Shown piece after piece: positions 53,622 to 64,000 of a DNA stretch of 64,000 bases. Numbering within the stretch: the first letter of the stretch is position 1; each line of letters starts with the position of its first letter. Position numbers and translations under genes: made by a program. The notes below the pieces were generated by a model. That model was not told the origin of the DNA, ran no database searches, and worked only from the letters and a program-made list of their open reading frames with translations. Where the stretch lies: contig OZ316901.1 in NCBI GenBank assembly GCA_973895155.1, positions 1 to 64,000 of the forward strand. Direction: 5' to 3'. Source of the DNA: Marsupella aquatica. Its lineage: Eukaryota > Plantae > Marchantiophyta.

Positions 53622-53881
53622 TGGAATCCCCCCTTGGATAAAAATTAAATAGCATTTTTTGCTATTTGATCATTCTATATTGGATTTCCCAATTATTTAT
53701 ACATGAAATTTCGGTATGTACTGGGAAACCTTAATATATATAGTATTATTATACTCTTCCTCTTAGATAATCCGAAATAAATCTTGCACTGAAGAATTTT
53801 TGGTTTTTTCTATTCTTAGTAACATTTTAATCAAAGTGGATTTCCGTTTTGCGGAACGCGAAAAAAAAATTAGAGATGAAT

Positions 53882-54480
53882 TAGGGCTATACGGATTCGA
53901 ACCGTAGACATTCTCGGTGAACAAGTTCAAAATCAAGTTATTATTGTTTTTAAAAATTGTTTCTAGAACCCAACATGCATTTTTCCATGCATTGGGCTCA
54001 CTAATTAACTAAATACTGAATCTAGTTATTCTACCATCCTTTGTTTTACCATTAATAAGATGGTTCCGTGTGTTTATAATATTAAACAATCCCAAAGTTT
54101 TCCGAAAAAATTAAATATTGACTTAGGTTTGTTCTTTTTCATACATGGATATACTCAAGGAAGAGCCTTTCCCGCTCAATTTTTATGAAACTTTATACAC
54201 CTTAAAGTTCATATAGCGAAAAAAAGTATCTAGAGTTCCTCGTAATGTTCTCATCATGTGTTACCATTAAAAGAGGAAAGATTAACCATATCAATTTCAA
54301 CTACGTTCCGAATATAAAACTCGAATCTTTTCTGTCAGGCTGTTTTCCCCCCAATTGGGAGAGTAAGACAGTCATATTTTTATTACACAAATTTACTTGT
54401 GAATTGAATATTTCAATAATTTTTTCGATAACCATTGGCGCACGTGTAAACGAGGCGCTCTACCGCTGAGCTATAGCCCT
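53882..54480 (-). tRNA. trnV-UAC: tRNA-Val(UAC) with a group IIA intron; exons 54444..54480 and 53882..53916
   Basis: AGGGCTATAGCTCAGCGGTAGAGCGCCTCGTTTACAC|GTGCG ... TTCAC|CGAGAATG...TAGCCCTA. Confidence 0.94.
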
Positions 54481-54646
54481 TTGTATTAATAATTAATTAA
54501 AAATACGTTACTAATGAAAACAATGATAAGTTTTTATTTACCTATTGTCAAGTATGACAAACAAGATTATCAATGTATTTATATGTGAATATAAAACTTT
54601 TCTTTTATAGAGATTATGATACAATAAAAGTTAATAAACACCAAAC

Positions 54647-54673
54647 GCCTACTTGACTCAGTGGTTAGAGTAT

Positions 54674-54719
<46 letters not shown>
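54647..54719 (+). tRNA. trnM-CAU: elongator tRNA-Met(CAU)
   Basis: GCCTACT/AGTAGGT-A acceptor stem; TCGCT-TTCATAC-GGCGA anticodon arm. Confidence 0.93.
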
Positions 54720-54720
<1 letters not shown>

Positions 54721-54724
54721 TTTT

Positions 54725-54766
54725 GAATATTAGATGTTATTAAAGTTTGAATAACATCTAATATTC
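54725..54766. terminator. 17-bp hairpin between convergent trnM and atpE
   Basis: GAATATTAGATGTTATT / AATAACATCTAATATTC. Confidence 0.7.
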
Positions 54767-54793
54767 TGTTGCTTTTACGTTACGCAATAAACC

Positions 54794-55210
54794 CTAATTA
54801 ATCATAATTGATGTATTTATGTTTATTGCTTCTAATCTCGCTTTAGCTCTCTTGAAAGCCAAATTAGCTTCAATAATTTGTTTTTTACCTTCCGCTTGAA
54901 CCAGGTTAGTTTTAGCTTTTCGAAAAGTATCTTGAGCTTCTTGCAAATCAATTTCATTTGCTTTTTCAGCTTCATTAACTAAAATAGTCATTTGATTATT
55001 TTCTATCATAGCAAAACCACCCATTAATGCCATCGTGGACCATTGTTCCTTAAGACGTATTTTTACGATTCCAATATCCAAAGCTGTTAACAGAGGAGCA
55101 TGATTGGGTAAGATACCAATTTGTCCACTATTTGTTGATAAAATAATTTCTTGAATTTCGGAATTCCAAACAATTCGATTAGGCGCCATTACGCGAAGAT
55201 TTAATGTCAT
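54794..55210 (-). CDS. atpE: ATP synthase CF1 epsilon subunit
   Basis: 138 aa [15 protein letters not shown]...[16 protein letters not shown]. Confidence 0.96.
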   Translation of the reverse strand: MTLNLRVMAPNRIVWNSEIQEIILSTNSGQIGILPNHAPLLTALDIGIVKIRLKEQWSTMALMGGFAMIENNQMTILVNEAEKANEIDLQEAQDTFRKAKTNLVQAEGKKQIIEANLAFKRAKARLEAININTSIMIN

Positions 55211-55220
55211 TTTTTCTTTT

Positions 55221-56720
<1,500 letters not shown>

Positions 56721-57260
56721 TTAATAAAATTGGAATAAACAAATATTTTGTATCGAAAAATCAATTAATAATAAAAAATATTATAAAAAACTGGAATATG
56801 AGATGGAAGGAGCAAAAAAATCATTTTGGTTTTATATTGACTGATTTTGTTACATTATTCATTCACCGAATATACTAATAGTAAAAGTAATATAAAAAAA
56901 TTAATTGAATTTTTTCATTCTTTACTCTCATTCTACTTAATATAATATATATTATTTTCGAATCCTTGTTAATAATGAAATTAAAAACTTCTATCTAATT
57001 TTCATTTGATAATTCAATTATATATCATATCAAGTATATGATTATTGTATACATTGTAAATATTCCCGGCCCAATCTGTGGAATCTTGGAGGAGGAACAA
57101 GATACATTAATATAAATGTATAAACGGGTTGCATTACATATTAAAAGCAATATACAATAATAATGATGTTTTATTTTTCTGAAAAAATATTCCTAATTCA
57201 TAAGATGAGGATAAAACTTTTCTCGGGTAATAAATTTTTAAGGACCCCACTATCGAGTAG

Positions 57261-58732
<1,472 letters not shown>

Positions 58733-58733
<1 letters not shown>

Positions 58734-58788
58734 TTTTTTTATTTATTTTTTTCACCCCCAATGGGGTGAAAAAAATAAATAAAAAAAT
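58733..58788 (+). terminator. rbcL 3' stem-loop (26-bp stem)
   Basis: ATTTTTTTATTTATTTTTTTCACCCC-CAAT-GGGGTGAAAAAAATAAATAAAAAAAT. Confidence 0.8.
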
Positions 58789-58807
58789 CGTTTGGATAAG
58801 TTGGTTA

Positions 58808-58881
58808 GGGTTTGTAGCTCAGTGGATTAGAGTTCATGACTCCGAAGCATGAGGTCAAGGGTTCGAATCCCTTCTAACCCT
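58808..58881 (+). tRNA. trnR-CCG: tRNA-Arg(CCG), with stem mismatches
   Basis: GGGTTTG...CATGA-CTCCGAA-GCATG...AAGGG-TTCGAAT-CCCTT-CTAACCC; position between rbcL and accD. Confidence 0.85.
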
Positions 58882-59155
58882 TTTGGAACAGTTATTTGTA
58901 ACTTTCGACGGAACTTAATTATTGAGATCAAAGCAAAATCTAAATGTTTTGTACAAAAATCAATTGTGTTTTATTATTAAACTAGCCAATCATAGGTTTT
59001 AACACTTTGGTTTTTTCAGTTAATAATTTTTGACCGTTGTATGCTAATCATATATTTTTTCTCAATTTTCCAATTTCAATTTTTGAAAAATTTCTTGTTT
59101 TTCATTTTTCCTTGATATCTTATACTGAGGTTTGAAAAAAAGGAGGAAGCTTTTG

Positions 59156-60112
59156 ATGTCTCTAATGAATTGGTTTGAAGATAAAAGAAGATTCGGTGGA
59201 TTAATTGGAGCTTTTATCGAAAAAGCTACCAAAGGATATATATTTAGTGAAGGGGAAAAAGATAAGTATATAAAGATTGATACTACTAAAGGGTTATGGA
59301 CTAGATGTGATAATTGTGAAAATATGTTATATGTTCGATTCTCGAGACAAAATAAAAGAATTTGTGAAGAATGCGGCTATCATTTACAGATGAGTAGTAC
59401 GGAAAGAATTGAATTATTGATTGATCGTGGGACTTGGCATCCTATGGACGAAGATATGACTGCAAGAGATATTCTTAAATTTTCGGATGAAGATTCTTAT
59501 AAAAATAGAATAGTATTCTATCAAAAACGAACAGGTTTAACCGATGCTATTCAAACAGGTATAGGAAAATTAAATGGAATTTCTATTGCACTTGGAGTTA
59601 TGGATTTTCAATTTATGGGAGGTAGTATGGGATCTGTTGTTGGGGAAAAAATTACCCGTCTTGTTGAATACGCCACATTAAAATCTATTCCCGTTATAAT
59701 AGTGTGCTCTTCAGGTGGAGCGCGTATGCAAGAAGGTACATTAAGTTTAATGCAAATGGCTAAAATATCTTCAGTTTTACAAATTCATCAGGCACAGAAA
59801 AAATTACTTTATATAGCTATTCTGACTTACCCTACAACAGGAGGAGTTACTGCGAGTTTTGGCATGTTGGGCGATATAATAATCGCTGAACCTAAAGCTT
59901 ATATCGCATTCGCTGGCAAACGAGTAATTGAACAAACTCTGCGTCAGAAAATACCAGATGGTTTTCAGGTTGCCGAATCTCTCTTTGATCACGGGTTATT
60001 AGATTTAATTGTTCCTCGTAATTTGTTAAAGGGTGTTTTAAGCGAAATTTTTGAACTTTATGATTCAGCCCCCGGAAAAGCATATAATGATTTTTTCTTC
60101 GATAAAAATTAA
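59156..60112 (+). CDS. accD: acetyl-CoA carboxylase carboxyltransferase beta subunit
   Basis: [11 protein letters not shown]; C4 Zn finger CDNC...CEEC; [12 protein letters not shown]; SGGARMQEG; AGGAGG Shine-Dalgarno. Confidence 0.96.
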   Translation: MSLMNWFEDKRRFGGLIGAFIEKATKGYIFSEGEKDKYIKIDTTKGLWTRCDNCENMLYVRFSRQNKRICEECGYHLQMSSTERIELLIDRGTWHPMDEDMTARDILKFSDEDSYKNRIVFYQKRTGLTDAIQTGIGKLNGISIALGVMDFQFMGGSMGSVVGEKITRLVEYATLKSIPVIIVCSSGGARMQEGTLSLMQMAKISSVLQIHQAQKKLLYIAILTYPTTGGVTASFGMLGDIIIAEPKAYIAFAGKRVIEQTLRQKIPDGFQVAESLFDHGLLDLIVPRNLLKGVLSEIFELYDSAPGKAYNDFFFDKN

Positions 60113-60140
60113 TTGCCTTATACTATTCTTGGAATATTAG

Positions 60141-60374
<234 letters not shown>

Positions 60375-60541
60375 AAATTAATTGAATTTTCAAAAAATTC
60401 TAATAAATGATAAGAAAGTAATACTTTATATATATGAAGTGTTACTTTCTCCATCGTTTACAGGGAAATATAAACAAGTATTTACTACAAGCTTTTTCAC
60501 GATTAAAAACTTTAATTATTTTTAGGAGATTCTGTTTCGCT

Positions 60542-61096
60542 ATGAATTCACAAGTTGAAGATATTCGAATAGATTTCGTAACTGGATCTCGAAGAATTGG
60601 TAATTTTTGCTGGGCTTTCATTCTTTTATCGGGGGCTTTAGGTTTTTCTGTTGTTGGTTTTTCAAGTTACTTACAGAAAGATTTAATACCATTTTTATCT
60701 GCTGAGCAAATTTTATTTATTCCACAAGGCCTTGTTATGTTTTTCTATGGTACAGCAGGTTCATTCATTAGTTTATATTTATGGTCCACTATTTGGTGGA
60801 ATGTAGGTAGTGGTTATAATAGATTTGATAAACAAAAAGGGATTTTTTCGCTTTTTCGTTGGGGATTTCCAGGCAAAAACCGTCGAATTCTTATCCAATT
60901 TTTTATTGAAGACATTCAAGCAATACGTATGGAAGTCCAGGAAGGATTTTTATCTCGGAGAGTTCTCTACATAAAAATGAAAAGTCAACAAGATATTCCT
61001 CTAAGTCGTCTTGAGGAATACTCAACGTTGGAAGAAATGGAAACTAAAGCAGCTGAATTAGCCCGTTTTTCAAAACTTTCCATTGAGGGCATTTAA
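60542..61096 (+). CDS. ycf4: PSI assembly protein Ycf4
   Basis: GSRRIGNFCWA; FIPQGLVMFFYG; LFRWGFPGKNRRI; 184 aa. Confidence 0.95.
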   Translation: MNSQVEDIRIDFVTGSRRIGNFCWAFILLSGALGFSVVGFSSYLQKDLIPFLSAEQILFIPQGLVMFFYGTAGSFISLYLWSTIWWNVGSGYNRFDKQKGIFSLFRWGFPGKNRRILIQFFIEDIQAIRMEVQEGFLSRRVLYIKMKSQQDIPLSRLEEYSTLEEMETKAAELARFSKLSIEGI

Positions 61097-61187
61097 AAGA
61101 CATTCGATTAAGTTAGTTTTTTCTTAGAAAATTGAGAAAATGAAAAAATTTATATGCTTTTTTCCTGTAGCAAAATTAAATTATTTT

Positions 61188-62531
61188 ATGAAAAATCTAT
61201 CTTACTGGCGAATCGTACCTTATCAGTGTCTCGAAAAAGCTTATAGGGCTGGAAAACGTATACAAAAAATAAAAAGAAATTATTTCCTCTATAGAAATAT
61301 GCTCTTTTCCCCAAAACGTTCTTGGCAATCTATCCTTTTTTATACGAATACAGAATTAAATAATTCTATTCTCATAATATATCTAAGTCTCTTAGAATAC
61401 AAAATAGGTTTATCTTTAATCAACTTCTTCCATTTTTTCAAATCGATGATATCAAGTACGTTTCAAATCTTTTTTTTCGAAAACAAATTTTTGAATGACA
61501 AATCTTCTGAGAAAAAAGAATTTCAAACAAGGATCATTTTTACTGATAATTCGGAAAAAGTATTAATTAGAAAAATTAATAGGAAATTAGCGTGGGTTGA
61601 AGCAACATTGAATGATTTATATATATGGAAACGTTACTATCTAGTGACTTCTCCAATATCTATTGATTCGGAAGAAGAGGATGAATATTCTTTATTGGGA
61701 ATGAAAAGACCCGGATTGGCGATAATATCATATGAATCTATTGGTTTATTACCACGTTCGATAACACGTACTCTTTCTAGATTTGGGGCCGAGTTAATGA
61801 ACCAATCAAGTTCATTAGTCCTTCAAGAGTTTCGATTAGCAAAGTATCAAGCATTAGCTTCTTTGCAATATATTGGATGTTTAATCATTATTCCTCTATC
61901 AATTTCCATTTTTTCTCAGAAATGTTTTTCAGAACCTTTGATTAATTATTGGTGGAATAATTATCAATCTCAAATTTTTCTTACTTCTTTCCAAGAAGAA
62001 AAAGCTTTGGAAAAACTTCAGGAAATTGAAGAACTTTTTTGGTTAGACAAAATTATAGCAAATTCATCGTTTCCCTTACAATCACAAAATTTGACTGGGG
62101 AAATACATGAGCAAACTATGGAATTGGTAGAAAATTATAATGATGATAGTATTGAGACTATTTCACATTTATCAACAGATATTATTTATTTCACTACTTT
62201 GAGTGGTTCCTTTATTTTTGGTAAAGAACGTCTTGTTATTTTGAATTCTTGGGTTCAAGAATTATTTTATAGTTTGAGTGATACAATGAAAGCTTTTTCG
62301 ATTCTTCTATTAACTGATTTATGCATTGGATTTCATTCCCCGCATGGTTGGGAACTTGTAATAAGTTCTTGTTTAGAACATTTCGGTTTTGTTCACAACA
62401 AACGTGTAATTTCCTGCTTTGTTTCAACATTTCCAGTTATTTTAGATACAGTCTTTAAATATTTGATTTTTCGTCATTTAAATCGTATATCGCCTTCCAT
62501 TGTAGCAACTTATCATACCATGAATGAATAA
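61188..62531 (+). CDS. cemA: chloroplast envelope membrane protein, long bryophyte type (alternative ATG 61140)
   Basis: LSDTMKAFSILLLTDLCIGFHSPHGWE; RHLNRISPSIVATYHTMNE; about 447 aa. Confidence 0.93.
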   Translation: MKNLSYWRIVPYQCLEKAYRAGKRIQKIKRNYFLYRNMLFSPKRSWQSILFYTNTELNNSILIIYLSLLEYKIGLSLINFFHFFKSMISSTFQIFFFENKFLNDKSSEKKEFQTRIIFTDNSEKVLIRKINRKLAWVEATLNDLYIWKRYYLVTSPISIDSEEEDEYSLLGMKRPGLAIISYESIGLLPRSITRTLSRFGAELMNQSSSLVLQEFRLAKYQALASLQYIGCLIIIPLSISIFSQKCFSEPLINYWWNNYQSQIFLTSFQEEKALEKLQEIEELFWLDKIIANSSFPLQSQNLTGEIHEQTMELVENYNDDSIETISHLSTDIIYFTTLSGSFIFGKERLVILNSWVQELFYSLSDTMKAFSILLLTDLCIGFHSPHGWELVISSCLEHFGFVHNKRVISCFVSTFPVILDTVFKYLIFRHLNRISPSIVATYHTMNE

Positions 62532-62728
62532 AGTCACCTTTTCTCGACAATATTATTTACTATAAATCAAAAATAGTTGAATTTTCTGTTATACAAAAAT
62601 TCAACTAAAATTAGAAAATCTTAAAATTTTTATTTTTATTGCTAGGAGAATGGCAAATGCCTCAAATAAAGTAATTAAAAAAAAAATTAAATTATTTATT
62701 AAAATTATTTGAAACGGATAATTGAACC

Positions 62729-63691
62729 ATGCAAAATAGAAAATTGAATAACTTAATTATAAAATGGGTGACTCGATCGATTTCCTTAATAAGTATTATA
62801 AATATATTGGTTTGGCCATCTGTTTCGGAAGCATATCCCATTTTTGCACAACAGGGGTATGAGAATCCTAGGGAAGCAACAGGACGTATTGTGTGTGCCA
62901 ATTGTCATTTAGCTAAAAAATCTGTGGATATTGAAGTGCCACAATCGGTTCTTCCAAATACAGTATTTGAAGCGGTTGTTAAAATTCCTTATGATTTGCA
63001 ACTGAAACAAGTACTTGCTAATGGAAAAAAAGGTCCTCTAAATGTCGGAGCAGTTCTAATTCTACCAGAGGGTTTTGAATTAGCTCCGTCGGATCGTATT
63101 CCTCCTGAAATGAAAGAAAAAATGGGCAATCTTTTTTTTCAACCATATAGCAATGATAGAAAAAATATTTTGGTAATAGGCCCTGTTCCAGGTAAAAAAT
63201 ATAGTGAAATTGCTTTCCCAATTCTATCGCCGGACCCAGCTGCAAATAAAGAAGCTTATTTTTTGAAATATCCCATTTATGTAGGGGCAAATAGAGGGAG
63301 AGGACAAATCTATCCTGATGGAGGTAAAAGCAATAATACTGTTTATAATGCTTCAACGGCTGGAAAAATTAATAAAATTTTGCGTAAAGAAAAAGGTGGA
63401 TATGAAATAGTAATAAATGATATATCAGACGGTCACGAAGTTGTTGATATTATCCCTCCGGGTCCCGAACTTATTATTTCTGAGGGTGAGTCTGTTAAAA
63501 TGGATCAACCTTTAACTAATAATCCAAATGTTGGTGGTTTCGGTCAAGGTGATGCGGAAATAGTCTTGCAAGATCCATTGCGTATTCAAGGTCTTTTGCT
63601 ATTTTTCGGATCAGTCATTCTCGCACAAATTTTTCTAGTACTTAAAAAGAAACAATTTGAGAAAGTGCAATTAGCTGAAATGAATTTTTAG
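62729..63691 (+). CDS. petA: apocytochrome f
   Basis: [25 protein letters not shown] heme motif; 320 aa. Confidence 0.98.
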   Translation: MQNRKLNNLIIKWVTRSISLISIINILVWPSVSEAYPIFAQQGYENPREATGRIVCANCHLAKKSVDIEVPQSVLPNTVFEAVVKIPYDLQLKQVLANGKKGPLNVGAVLILPEGFELAPSDRIPPEMKEKMGNLFFQPYSNDRKNILVIGPVPGKKYSEIAFPILSPDPAANKEAYFLKYPIYVGANRGRGQIYPDGGKSNNTVYNASTAGKINKILRKEKGGYEIVINDISDGHEVVDIIPPGPELIISEGESVKMDQPLTNNPNVGGFGQGDAEIVLQDPLRIQGLLLFFGSVILAQIFLVLKKKQFEKVQLAEMNF

Positions 63692-63733
63692 TTTTCTATT
63701 TCGTTTTCAAAATTCGTTTGAAGGTTCTATTAC

Positions 63734-63774
63734 AAAAAGACTTTACCCTTTATTGAAAAGGGTAAAGTTTTTTT
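63734..63774. terminator. hairpin between convergent petA and psbJ
   Basis: ACTTTACCCTTT / AAAGGGTAAAGT core stem. Confidence 0.6.
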
Positions 63775-63826
63775 CTTATTGCATTTTAATAAGGATCACT
63801 TATTTGTATTGAAAAACCCTTTAGTA

Positions 63827-63949
63827 TTATAAAGATGATCCTAATCCGGAATATGATCCATAGAAAAAAATACCTACCAAACCAATCACGATGATACCGG
63901 TTACAGTACCAATTAACCATAAAGGAATCCTTCCGGTAGTATTGGCCAT
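63827..63949 (-). CDS. psbJ: photosystem II protein J
   Basis: [40 protein letters not shown]. Confidence 0.95.
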   Translation of the reverse strand: MANTTGRIPLWLIGTVTGIIVIGLVGIFFYGSYSGLGSSL

Positions 63950-64000
63950 TGAATTTAACCCCCTTGTTTTCAAAATTTTATTAAATAGTCGTATCTAAAG

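Overview
This window is most of the large single-copy (LSC) region of a land-plant chloroplast genome. The gene order is the classic liverwort (Marchantia-type) one: 3'rps12-rps7-ndhB-trnL(CAA)-psbM-ycf66-petN-trnC-rpoB/C1/C2-rps2-atpI/H/F/A-trnR-trnG-ycf12-psaM-trnS-psbI-psbK-trnQ-chlB-trnK/matK-psbA-trnH-ycf2-trnD/Y/E-cysA-trnT-psbD/C-trnS-psbZ-trnG-trnfM-rps14-psaB/A-ycf3-trnS-rps4-trnT/L/F-ndhJ/K/C-trnV-trnM-atpE/B-rbcL-trnR(CCG)-accD-psaI-ycf4-cemA-petA-psbJ. Unlike Marchantiopsida, the genes carry many codons that need C-to-U RNA editing, including ACG start codons in atpI and atpF. I found no in-frame stops needing U-to-C repair. This points by inference to a non-marchantioid liverwort. 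I see no mobile element, CRISPR array or foreign gene cluster, and no convincing wholly new biological system. The most unusual elements are: (1) an easily missed tRNA-Ser(CGA)-like sequence between psbK and psbI, with intact acceptor, D and variable arms but a destroyed anticodon stem, preceded by a 41-bp perfect hairpin; (2) a 30-nt 5' fragment of trnI-CAU upstream of 3'rps12, probably marking an IR junction inside that tRNA gene; (3) a 66-bp perfect palindrome filling the trnR-trnG spacer; (4) C:A mismatches in group II intron domain V that may depend on editing. All coordinates were counted by hand and were not checked computationally.
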